Made by a program: the position numbers and the translations under genes. Shown in pieces: positions 18,515 to 28,189 of a DNA stretch of 63,640 bases (position 1 is its first letter; each line of letters starts with the position of its first letter). The notes beneath the pieces were generated by a model that was not told the DNA's origin, ran no database searches, and saw only the letters and a program-made list of their open reading frames with translations. The DNA lies in the NCBI GenBank assembly GCA_038237595.1, contig JBBRYO010000001.1, positions 1 to 63,640 of the forward strand, given 5' to 3'. The DNA is from Candidatus Limnocylindrales bacterium. GTDB taxonomy: Bacteria > Chloroflexota > Limnocylindria > Limnocylindrales > CSP1-4.

Positions 18515-19576
18515 GTGGCTCGAATCGCTTCGCCCTGGCGGCGCAATGACCGCCTGATCGGGTTGGCGCTGGTGGTCGTGTCGGCCTGCGGATTCGGGTC
18601 GGGAGCGCTCTTTGCCAAGCCTGTCTACGCGGCCGGTGTCGACTGGCTGACGCTGCTCTTCTGGCGCTTCCTGATCGCCGCCGCGCTCTCCTGGGCGTGG
18701 CTCCTCCTGCTCCCCGGCAACCGCGCGTCCCTGCGCCTGCTCACGCGGCGGAACGCGCTGATCCTCCTTGCGCTCGGCGCGCTGTACGTCCTCAACAGCG
18801 GCACCTATTTCGCCGCGTTGGAGACCGTTCCGGCGTCGCTTGCCGCGCTCATCGTCTACCTCTACCCGGCCCTTGTTGCCGTACTGTCGCTGCGCTTCAT
18901 CCGCCGCTTGCGTGGCCGCCGCGCGTGGCTGGCGCTGGCCATCTCCACGATCGGCGTGGCGATGGCCGTCGGAGGCATCATTCCGGCAACAGCTCCCCCG
19001 CTGCTGGGCATCGCGCTGACGCTCGCATCCCCGCTGATCTACTCGGTCTGGATCATCCTCGCGGCGCGGTTGAGCGGCGAACGAGGAGACCGTGAAGGGA
19101 GCCGCGGGGCCGAGGGAAACGCGCGCGGTACCGTTATTCCGCCGCAGGATGCGGAGACACTGACCACCCCGTCGGAGACCGCGCCGGCGCCGACCGCCGC
19201 CTTGATGATGACCGCCACGGCGGCCGTCTTCCTCGCGGCCATGCTCGTGACAGGTCGCTCGATTTCCCCGGCCAGCGTTCCCGCCAGCGCCTGGTTCGGG
19301 GTGCTCGGCGTGGCCGTGGCCGCGACCGCGGTGGCGGTACAGGCGTTCTACGCGGGTGCCCGGCGAATCGGAGCGGCACAGGCCGCGCTGGTCAGCACGG
19401 TCGAGCCGATCTACACGATCACGCTCGCAACCATCCTCCTGCATGACACCCTGGCACCCGTCCAGATCCTGGGCGGGATCCTGATCATCGGCGGCGTGGT
19501 TCTGGCCCAGACGGCACCCGCGGACGACATTCCAGCGAGCGCCTCACTGAACTCCGGCGTGACCGAGCCGAGCTGA
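18515..19576 (+). CDS. EamA/DMT-family transporter
   Basis: C-terminal third of ORF 17453..19576, from in-frame GTG 18515. About ten hydrophobic helices in two EamA-like halves, separated by a charged loop (SGERGDREGSRGAEGN). Confidence 0.8.
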   Translation: MARIASPWRRNDRLIGLALVVVSACGFGSGALFAKPVYAAGVDWLTLLFWRFLIAAALSWAWLLLLPGNRASLRLLTRRNALILLALGALYVLNSGTYFAALETVPASLAALIVYLYPALVAVLSLRFIRRLRGRRAWLALAISTIGVAMAVGGIIPATAPPLLGIALTLASPLIYSVWIILAARLSGERGDREGSRGAEGNARGTVIPPQDAETLTTPSETAPAPTAALMMTATAAVFLAAMLVTGRSISPASVPASAWFGVLGVAVAATAVAVQAFYAGARRIGAAQAALVSTVEPIYTITLATILLHDTLAPVQILGGILIIGGVVLAQTAPADDIPASASLNSGVTEPS

Positions 19577-21370
19577 TCAGCCGGGTGTGACGGGCTCATG
19601 ACGGAGGGCAGCCCCGGCAGCGGCGCGGACTTCCTCGAGCGTGCCGGAACCGAGCGCCGCTCCCGCCGCCGCCCGACACCGCTCGATCGACAGGTCGTCG
19701 AGGACCCGGCGAACGTCGGCAAGCCGGCCGGGCGCCACGCTGAGCGTCCCGACGCCGAGCCCCACAAAGACCGGCCCGGCGATCGGATCGGCAGCTGCTT
19801 CGCCGCACACCGACAGGCTCACCCCATTGGCGTTCGCGGCATCCGCCACATCCCGGATGAGCCGCAAGACGGCCGGCTGGAGGGCACTGGTCAGTTCGGC
19901 AAGCTCCGGGTGCGTCCGATCCGCCGCCAGCGTGTACTGGGCGAGGTCGTTGGTGCCGATGCTGAAGAAGTCGACGCGCTCGGCAAGGACGTCAGCGAGG
20001 ATGGCCGCCGACGGCACCTCGATCATGATCCCGAGGCGGACCCGGGACGCAATCGGCCGGCCCGCGCGGGTTGACGCCGCACTCGCATCGGTGATCGCAC
20101 TGCGGGCGGCCTCCAGCTCTTCCAGCGTGGCCACCATCGGGAACATGACGTCGAGCTGCTCATCGGCCGATGCCTCGAGCAGGGCGCGAAGCTGGTTCTC
20201 GAGGACCTCCGGACGGCGCAGTCCGAGCCGCAGGCCGCGGACGCCGAGGGCCGGGTTGGCCTCCGGATGCGATGGCGTCAGCGGGCCCGGCTTGTCCCCG
20301 CCGATGTCGAGCGTCCGGAAGACGACGGGCCGGCCGTTCATATGCCGGCGGATGGCCGCGTAGAGGGCCCGTTGCTCATCAAGGCCCGGCGGCTCGTTAC
20401 GGCCGAGGAAGAGCAGCTCCGTGCGGACGAGCCCGATGCCCTCTGCCCCTGCTCGTGCTGCCTGCTCCGCCTCCCTGACCGAGCCGACGTTGGCGGCAAC
20501 CGCGACCTGGAGGAGTGGCGCGGCCTCGTCCGTCCGACCTTCGGCCCCCGCAGGACGATGACCGTGGACGGCCGGCGAGGTCACCTGTCCCGCTCCCGAA
20601 GCACCGTCTCGCAGGGCGGCCAAGTCGGCATCGCTCGGCTCGACGTGGAGCGTGCCGCTGTCCCCGTCCACGGCGAGGAACGCGCCGTCCGGCACCAAGT
20701 CGAGATCGCCGCCGAGCGCCAGCACCATGGGAATGCCGATGGCGCGCGCGACGATGGCCGCGTGCCCCGTCTGCGCCCCGCCACCCAGTGCGATCCCTGT
20801 CACGAGCTGCGGGCGAAGGACCGCGATCTCCGACGCATCGAGGTCGGTGGCAGCAAGGATGGCCGCCGATCCATCCGTCAGCTCCAGCTTCGCCCGCGGC
20901 CGTCCCGCGAGGATGCCTGTCACGCGTCGTGCCACGTCGCGGATGTCCGTCGCGCGCTCGCGCAGGTATTCATCGTCGATGGCGGCGAGCTGTGCCGCCG
21001 CTGCGTAGGCAACCGACTGGAAGGCTACCGAGGCCGGCACCAGCTCAGCGGCGACGCGCTCCAGCGCAGGGCCGACGAGCAGCGGATCGTGGGCGAACAG
21101 CGACTGCGCCTCGAAGATCTGGCCTATGTCGCCACCCAGCCGATCGGCGGTACGGTGGGCCAGGTCGGCCAGCTCGCTCGCTGCTTCCTCGAGTGCTGCG
21201 CGAAGCCTTGCCTGTTCCCCTGGCACGGCGCTCGGCGAAATCGTCTCGGGATCAGCCGTGGATGGCAGATGACCACCCTCGCCCGATACGCGGCGCAGGT
21301 GACCGACGCCGAGGCCGGGCGCGCCCGGCCGCCCGCTCAGGCGCCGCGGGGCCACACCGGTGCCGGACAC
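19577..21370 (-). CDS. ptsI: PEP-protein phosphotransferase (PTS enzyme I), last gene of the dha operon
   Basis: GTG 21370 (residue 91 of ORF 19577..21640) sits next to the dhaL stop. Phospho-His region GGGAQTGHAAIVARAIGIP and PEP-binding FFSIGTNDLAQYTLA. Confidence 0.85.
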   Translation of the reverse strand: MSGTGVAPRRLSGRPGAPGLGVGHLRRVSGEGGHLPSTADPETISPSAVPGEQARLRAALEEAASELADLAHRTADRLGGDIGQIFEAQSLFAHDPLLVGPALERVAAELVPASVAFQSVAYAAAAQLAAIDDEYLRERATDIRDVARRVTGILAGRPRAKLELTDGSAAILAATDLDASEIAVLRPQLVTGIALGGGAQTGHAAIVARAIGIPMVLALGGDLDLVPDGAFLAVDGDSGTLHVEPSDADLAALRDGASGAGQVTSPAVHGHRPAGAEGRTDEAAPLLQVAVAANVGSVREAEQAARAGAEGIGLVRTELLFLGRNEPPGLDEQRALYAAIRRHMNGRPVVFRTLDIGGDKPGPLTPSHPEANPALGVRGLRLGLRRPEVLENQLRALLEASADEQLDVMFPMVATLEELEAARSAITDASAASTRAGRPIASRVRLGIMIEVPSAAILADVLAERVDFFSIGTNDLAQYTLAADRTHPELAELTSALQPAVLRLIRDVADAANANGVSLSVCGEAAADPIAGPVFVGLGVGTLSVAPGRLADVRRVLDDLSIERCRAAAGAALGSGTLEEVRAAAGAALRHEPVTPG

Positions 21371-21371
21371 G

Positions 21372-22040
21372 TCAGGTTGCCGCGGCTGTTTGTGGACGGG
21401 CGAGGGACGACGCCGTGTCGGCCAGGGCTCGAAGCAGCAGGGCTGAAGACGTCGCGCCGGGATCCTGGTGACCGACGCTCCGCTCACCGAGGTACGAAGC
21501 GCGGCCCTTGGTGGCGAGCATCGGCACGGTCGCAAGCGCGCCCGCCTCCGCAGCCGCTGCCGCGCCCTCGAGGATCGACTCTCCGTTGGCCCCTGCCGCC
21601 AGCGCCGCGCGTGCAGCCTCCAGGGCCGGCGTGAGTGCATCGAGCATGGTCTTCTCGCCGATAACTGCCTTGCCCAGCGCGGCGATGCCGACGACCGCGG
21701 CCTCGAGAGCCGCGACGGACTGGCTCGCGTCCGCCTCCGCGACGCCGTCGAGCGCGGCTGCGGCCTTCAGGAATCCGGTGCCATAGAGCGGTCCGGATGC
21801 GCCCCCCACGGTGCTGACGAGGGTCCTGCCCGCGAAGCGCAGCACCCCGGTGGGCGTCGGATCGGGCGCCGGTCCGGCGTCGAGCCTGGCCACGATCGCC
21901 GAGAAGCCGCGATCCATGTTGATGCCGTGGTCGCCGTCGCCGATCGCCTGGTCGAGCTCCGTCAGCGCGACCTTCTGTTCGTGCAGGCGGCCGGCGGCGA
22001 GCCGCAACCAGGCCTCGAAGTGCTCGGAAGTCAAGCTCAT
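21372..22040 (-). CDS. dhaL: Dihydroxyacetone kinase, ADP-binding subunit DhaL
   Basis: ATG 22040 (MSLTSEHFEAWL). Dak2 motifs IGDGDHGINMDRGF and VGGASGPLYG. Confidence 0.9.
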   Translation of the reverse strand: MSLTSEHFEAWLRLAAGRLHEQKVALTELDQAIGDGDHGINMDRGFSAIVARLDAGPAPDPTPTGVLRFAGRTLVSTVGGASGPLYGTGFLKAAAALDGVAEADASQSVAALEAAVVGIAALGKAVIGEKTMLDALTPALEAARAALAAGANGESILEGAAAAAEAGALATVPMLATKGRASYLGERSVGHQDPGATSSALLLRALADTASSLARPQTAAAT

Positions 22041-22211
22041 GGCCGTTGGTCTCCAGGGTGAGCGGCGTGACGCTGGCCGCACGCGCCGCGTGAGTCTAGC
22101 GAGAGGCAGGCGGCGAAGGGGCCGATGGATGGGTCGGCCGCCTCCTCCGCTCAGGGAGCGTCCCAGGGCCCGGCGCGGGCTGTCGGGACACGAACGATGC
22201 GAATGCCGTCG

Positions 22212-23210
<999 letters not shown>

Positions 23211-23222
23211 GACGCTTGGCTC

Positions 23223-24020
23223 CTAGTTGCTGACGGGGTTGTCGAGGGACCGGCCTTCGACATGCGGCGCTTCCGCCACGGCCGGACCGGGGACGTTGGA
23301 CTCGGCCGTGTGGCCGACGAACTGGTAGAGGAAGGCACCGCCGAGGCCGCCAACGATCGGGCCGACGATGTAGACCCAGATCTGGTCCCACTTGGCCGAC
23401 GCGCCGATGAGGCTCTGGACGATCTCCGGGCCGATCTGGCGGGCCGGATTCAGCGCCGCGCCGGTGATCGGGCCGACGAGGATGATGATCCCGTAGACGA
23501 TGAAGCCGATGATGATTCCGGCGAAACCGGCGGGGGCGCGGCCGTCGACGGCAGCACCGAACACGGTGAAGACCAGGATTGCCGTGCCGATCGCTTCCGC
23601 GATGACCGCCACGAGGGGACCGCTGGTGCCGGCGTTGTAGGTGACAGCGCCAAGGCCCAGCTTGGCGGGATCGTTGCCGATCAGGATGAGGTAGGTCAGG
23701 ACCGCCCCGACGATCGCGCCGATGACCTGCGCGACGATGTAGTACGCCGCGGTCTTCGAGTCGATCTTTTTCGTGGCGAGCAGCGCGATCGTGACGGCCG
23801 GGTTGATGTGCGCGCCGCTGACATGCCCGACGGCGTACACGGCCGCGAAGATCGCGAACGCAAAGGCGAACGAGATCGTGCTCAATTCGGCGCTTCCAAA
23901 CGGCTGTGAGCCGGTGAGGAACACGGTCAGTGGCACCGATCCGGCGCCGATGAAGACGAGGATCGCAGTACCGATGACTTCCGCCGTGAATTTCTGGCGG
24001 AGCGTGGGTGACGACGACAT
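23223..24020 (-). CDS. glpF: MIP-family channel (glycerol/dihydroxyacetone facilitator or aquaporin)
   Basis: 265 aa, six TM helices, two NPA boxes (SGAHINPAVT and GAALNPARQ). Confidence 0.9.
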   Translation of the reverse strand: MSSSPTLRQKFTAEVIGTAILVFIGAGSVPLTVFLTGSQPFGSAELSTISFAFAFAIFAAVYAVGHVSGAHINPAVTIALLATKKIDSKTAAYYIVAQVIGAIVGAVLTYLILIGNDPAKLGLGAVTYNAGTSGPLVAVIAEAIGTAILVFTVFGAAVDGRAPAGFAGIIIGFIVYGIIILVGPITGAALNPARQIGPEIVQSLIGASAKWDQIWVYIVGPIVGGLGGAFLYQFVGHTAESNVPGPAVAEAPHVEGRSLDNPVSN

Positions 24021-24070
24021 GGGTACCTCCTGTGATGTTGGCGCGGCCGCAGTCTCCCCGGCCGCCTCCT

Positions 24071-24367
24071 TCAGGCCGTTTCGCGGCCGCCTGGTTGCCC
24101 GCTGACGGGCTCGACATAGGGCGCCAGTTCGGTGGCGAGGGCCAACAGCGCCCCGCTCGCGTCCGCCCCCTCGGCGCGAAGTACGACCTGGCTGCCCGGG
24201 CGGACCCCGAGGCTCAGCAAGGCGACGAGGCTCTTGGCGTCCACGAAGCGATCGCCGTTGCCGATCGAGATCGCGGACGAGAACCGCGACGCCGCCTGGA
24301 CGAACTTCGCAGCGGGACGCGCATGGAGGCCAGCCGGGTCGATGACGGTGATGCGCAACTCGGGCAT
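24071..24367 (-). CDS. HPr-type phosphocarrier protein of the dha phosphorelay
   Basis: ATG 24367 (residue 19 of ORF 24071..24421). MPELRITVIDPAGLHARPAAKFV has the HPr His-15 signature. 98 aa. Starts 1 nt after the dhaM stop. Confidence 0.85.
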   Translation of the reverse strand: MPELRITVIDPAGLHARPAAKFVQAASRFSSAISIGNGDRFVDAKSLVALLSLGVRPGSQVVLRAEGADASGALLALATELAPYVEPVSGQPGGRETA

Positions 24368-24368
24368 C

Positions 24369-24770
24369 TCAGGCACCCGGCAGCTTGGACATGCCGGCAG
24401 CCGCGGCTGCTGCTTCGGCAACGCGTGCCAGCGGGTCTCCCAGACTGGCCTGGACGGCCGCGAGGACGGCTCCCTCGACGAGGGGCGCCTGGCTCACGGT
24501 GACGCGGGACCGCAATTGCGGTTCGAGGGCCTCGAGCGCAAGCTCGAGACTGAGCGCCGCACTGCCCAGGTCGAGCAGCACGAGCACCCCGTCGGGCGAG
24601 TCGGCCGACCGGATGGCCGCTTCGATGAGCAGCGCGCTGGTTCCGAGCCGTCCATCGTCGGTGCCACCGGCGGTGGCAACGGCCACCTCTGGACCGGCCA
24701 CCTGCTCGACCATTTCGCGCAGACCGTCCGCCAGGAGCCGGCTGTGCGACACGATCACGAGGCCCACCAT
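24369..24770 (-). CDS. dhaM: DhaM-type PTS EIIA (mannose-family) domain protein
   Basis: ATG 24770 behind AGGAGGAAGC. MVGLVIVSHSRLLADGL has the EIIA-Man active-site His context. Only the EIIA domain is present. Confidence 0.8.
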   Translation of the reverse strand: MVGLVIVSHSRLLADGLREMVEQVAGPEVAVATAGGTDDGRLGTSALLIEAAIRSADSPDGVLVLLDLGSAALSLELALEALEPQLRSRVTVSQAPLVEGAVLAAVQASLGDPLARVAEAAAAAAGMSKLPGA

Positions 24771-24826
24771 GCTTCCTCCTGCTGCGGATCGATTGCCCGA
24801 CATCGGGGATGGTGGCGCCGGGCCGC

Positions 24827-24843
24827 GTCAAGGAAACGTCAAG
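24827..24843. promoter_or_regulatory. Direct repeat GTCAAG-N5-GTCAAG (11-bp phasing) in the divergent dhaM / dhaL-paralog promoter region
   Basis: Read directly: GTCAAGgaaacGTCAAG, 57 nt upstream of the dhaM ATG and 138 nt upstream of the paralog ATG. Hexamer direct repeats one helical turn apart are the usual OmpR-family site geometry. Confidence 0.35.
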
Positions 24844-24980
24844 AACCCGGCAAGGTGGCGTCTGGATGGTGCCGTGGCGGCGAACCCGTGCTCAGGCGGT
24901 GATCCCGGGGTCGTTGTGTCGCGACGCCGCGGCGCACTAGACTCGGCGCCCCTGCACCCTCGAGTGGGTACCCGCCACTG

Positions 24981-25682
24981 ATGTCGCAACCGACCCAGAC
25001 GTTTGGCAGCACCGATGTCCAGGCCTACCTGCTCCGGTGCGGTCGCGCCATCCGCAGGCACCAGGCCGGCCTGACGGCGCTTGATGCCACGCTTGGAGAC
25101 GGCGACCACGGCGACAACATGGCCCTCGGCTTCCGCGCGATCGAGGAGCTCGTGGCCTCGCCCACCGCGGCCGGGATGGCCCCCGGCGAGCTCCTGCAAC
25201 AGGCAGGGCACCGCCTCGTCGCCTCAGTCGGAGGGGCGTCCGGACCGCTCTATGGCACGGCATTCCTCGAGGCGGGAGCGCGGCTGGGAGGAAGCCCCCG
25301 GGTCGATGCGCGGCAGCTGGCAGCGGCCCTCGAGGCGGCCGCGGACGGCCTCGCGCGGCGTGGTCGCAGCGTGGTCGGTGACAAGACCATCCTCGACACA
25401 CTGCGCCCCGCCGCGGACGCGTTCGCGAGCGACGTGCGTTCCGGCGCGGACATGGGCGGCGCCGCCCGCCACATGTTCCGAGCAGCGCACGCCGGCATGC
25501 TCTCGACCCGAGCGCTTGTCGCCCGGCGCGGGCTCGCCCTGCGACTGGGAGAGCGGTCGGTGGGCCACGTCGATCCGGGTGCGGTCTCGGCCTTTCTGCT
25601 GATCCGCGCCATGGAGCCCGGTCGCTCGGAGCGACGGCCGGTCCTGGCCGGGACAGGGGCATGCGATGGAGCCGCTTCATGA
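24981..25682 (+). CDS. Stand-alone DhaL/Dak2-domain paralog
   Basis: 233 aa. LGDGDHGDNMALGF and VGGASGPLYGTAF are Dak2 motifs. Its stop overlaps the ATG of the downstream histidine kinase (ATGA at 25679-25682). Confidence 0.85.
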   Translation: MSQPTQTFGSTDVQAYLLRCGRAIRRHQAGLTALDATLGDGDHGDNMALGFRAIEELVASPTAAGMAPGELLQQAGHRLVASVGGASGPLYGTAFLEAGARLGGSPRVDARQLAAALEAAADGLARRGRSVVGDKTILDTLRPAADAFASDVRSGADMGGAARHMFRAAHAGMLSTRALVARRGLALRLGERSVGHVDPGAVSAFLLIRAMEPGRSERRPVLAGTGACDGAAS

Positions 25683-27300
25683 CCGGCGAGCTCGACTCCC
25701 TGAAGGCACGGCTGGAAGCACTCGAGCGGGAGAACCGGCGCATCTTCGACGAGGCCCAGCGTGAAGCCGACGCGGTGTTCGCGCAATACCAGCTGAGCCA
25801 GCTGCTGGCGTCCGGGACCGCCTCCCAGGAGCTGGCGAACGCGCTATGCGTCGAACTGGTGCGGCTGACCGGCGCGCAGAGGGGGTTGCTCTGGATGGCG
25901 GGCGCGGATGGGCGCGGCTTCAGGCTCGCGGCGCAATCTACGGGTCTGCTCGCTGGCCCCGACGCGTCAGCTGCCGAAGAACCGTTCGCGGCCGAGGACG
26001 ATCACGCGATCCACGCATGGGCGTCCAGGGTGCCCGGGGCCTTCGCGTTGACGCTTTCGGACGATCGCCCAGCGGCGGTCGTATGCCTGGTGGCCCAGCC
26101 CGACCGCGCCCTCGAGGAGGAAGGACTGCGGGTGCTCCAGCTGGCGCGCCACGAGCTGGCCGTGGCGCTTCGGGGCGCCCTGCTGCGGGAGGCCCTCGAC
26201 CGCGAGCGGCGCGAGCTGAGCGACATCGTCGAGGGCGCAACCGACGCCATTCTCCAGGTCGACACCAACCGCCGCGTAGTGCGCGTGAACGGCGCCGCCG
26301 AACGGCTCCTTGGGCGGGGAGCGGCCGAGCTCGCGGGTCTGCCTTGCAACGATGCGCTCGGCTGCGAGGCGGCAGGCGGTCACTCCGTCGAGCGCTGCCC
26401 GCTGGCCGAGGTGATGGCCTCTGGCCAATCCATCGCCTACCGCGAGACGGATGTCCGTGGCGCCGACGGTGCCCCCTTGCGTGTGGCCGGCGGCTACTCG
26501 CGCTCGTCGAGCCCACCAGACGGGCCGGCCCGCGCCACCGCCATCCTGCGTGACATCCGCCCTGCGAGGACGCTCGAGGAGTTGCGCGAGGGCTTCGTTG
26601 CCACGGTCAGCCACGAGCTCCGCACGCCGCTCGCCCTGATCAAGGGTTATGCCGACACGCTTCTGTACCTGCCGCTCTCGCCCGCCGAACGGCGTCGCTA
26701 CATCGAGCGGATCGAGCAGACGACCGAGCGCCTGACGGCGCTCGTCACGCAGATCCTCGACATCACCCATCTCGATGCGGATCCGCTCGTCCTCGAGCGA
26801 GCGCCGGCCCGCTTCGAGTCGCTCGTGGCGCGCCTGCGCGGCGATCTCCTCATCGCGGGCACGGCTGATCGCCTGGTCGCCAACCTGCCGTCGAACCTGC
26901 CGCCCGTCAACGTCGATGCGGCACGGTCGGACAGATCCTGGACAACCTCGTCTCGAATGCGCTCAAGTACGCGCCCGATGGCTCGCCGGTCACGATCTCG
27001 GCCTTCGCGTCGGGAGAATGGCTCGACGTCACGGTTGACGACGAGGGCGTGGGCGTGCCCGAGAGCGACGCGGCGCTCATCTTCGAGCCATTCCACCGCG
27101 CGCGAAACGTCCGGGAGTCGAGGATCTCCGGCACCGGCCTGGGCCTCTACATCAGCCGCCGGCTGGTCGAGGCGCACGGCGGGCAGCTGCGCCTTGAGCC
27201 TCGCGACGCATCCAGGGGGACGCGCGCGTGGTTCACGCTGCCGCTCGCGACCGCCCCCACCGGCCGCCGCGAACCGGTGACACGCGTGCGAACCGCGTGA
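25679..27300 (+). pseudogene. Soluble coiled-coil - GAF-like - PAS - HisKA - HATPase sensor histidine kinase, frameshifted as assembled at about 26926
   Basis: ORF 25661..27280 is sensible up to ...LPPVNVDAAR, including the H-box FVATVSHELRTPLALIKGY. The ATP-binding domain continues in the frame of ORF 27049..27300 (VGQILDNLVSNALKYAPDGSPV...GTGLGLYISRRLVEAHGG). Inserting one G into the CGG run at 26925-26926 joins them. No TM segment. Confidence 0.85.
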
Positions 27301-28007
27301 ACGAGCTCGTCCTGATCGTCGAGGATGAGCCGGAGTTCTCCGCGCTGCTGGAGCTGTGGATCGGGCAAGCGGGATACCGCACGGTCCCTGCAGGCACCGG
27401 GCGCGAGGCGCTCCAGCGGTTCCACGAGCTGCGCCCGGACCTGGTAGTGCTGGACGTCAGTGTGCCTGTGCTCGACGGCTGGCAGGTGCTCGAGCGGATC
27501 CGGGAAGTCAGCCGCATTCCCGTGCTGATGGTCACGGCCCGCAGCGCCGAGGGCGACAAGGTGCGGGGCCTGCGGCTGGGAGCCGACGACTACATGACAA
27601 AGCCGATCGGCTTTCCGGAGCTCATCGCGCGCATCGAGGGTGCCCTGCGTCGAGCCCACCAGCCGCCGCCCTCACGCGCCCGGGAGCTGCGGCACCGCGC
27701 GCTGCTGATCGACCTCGACGACCACCGGGCGACCCTCGGCGGCGGGGAGCTGCGCTTGACTCCGACCGAGTTCCGTCTACTGGTCTTCCTCGTGGAGCGC
27801 TCCGGCCAGTTGGTCACGCACCGACAGGTCCTCACCGGCGTGTGGGGGGCGGGCTACGGCACGGACGTGCACCTGCTTCGCATGACGATCCGCAACCTTC
27901 GCGCCAAGCTCGAGGCAGTCGCCCCCGGCGAGGCTTACATCGCCACCGAGTACGGCCTCGGCTATCGACTCACAGGCCCAGCGAGGCCCATCCCCGAACC
28001 TGGCTGA
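27297..28007 (+). CDS. OmpR-family response regulator
   Basis: GTG 27297 overlaps the kinase stop (GTGA). Receiver motifs LIVEDE, DLVVLDVSVPVLDG and YMTKP. Winged helix LTPTEFRLLVFL...GYRL. Confidence 0.9.
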   Translation: MNELVLIVEDEPEFSALLELWIGQAGYRTVPAGTGREALQRFHELRPDLVVLDVSVPVLDGWQVLERIREVSRIPVLMVTARSAEGDKVRGLRLGADDYMTKPIGFPELIARIEGALRRAHQPPPSRARELRHRALLIDLDDHRATLGGGELRLTPTEFRLLVFLVERSGQLVTHRQVLTGVWGAGYGTDVHLLRMTIRNLRAKLEAVAPGEAYIATEYGLGYRLTGPARPIPEPG

Positions 28008-28017
28008 TTGGGCACAT

Positions 28018-28071
28018 GGGCCGCGAGGGCCGCGCGGGTCGGCTGGGCCGCGTGGGTCGGCTGGGCCGCGC
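28018..28071 (+). repeat. G-rich 9-nt periodic tandem repeat (GGGYCGSNN x6; includes an 18-nt unit repeated twice)
   Basis: GGG tracts at 28018, 28027, 28036, 28045, 28054 and 28063. GGGTCGGCTGGGCCGCG occurs twice in tandem. Intergenic, between convergent genes. Confidence 0.8.
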
Positions 28072-28189
28072 GGCGCGGCGCGTCTGGCGAGGCATGGGGA
28101 CCGGGGCGGGCCCGCCGAGCGATTCCCGTCAGGCCGGGTCGCGCACGAGGCGAGCGCGGCGCGATCTCGCCGGGCACGTCTGGTCCATC

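Noticed and set aside
19571-19582. The EamA transporter and ptsI stop codons form the palindrome TGATCA with zero intergenic bases.
   Set aside because: It is a real feature of the sequence, but it is most simply a coincidence of two convergent stops. No functional claim can be supported.
22041-22211. The 171-nt gap between dhaK and dhaL as a possible small gene or regulatory RNA.
   Set aside because: There is no ORF with a ribosome-binding site, no convincing hairpin-plus-T-tract, and no recognisable motif. It is treated as an intra-operon spacer.
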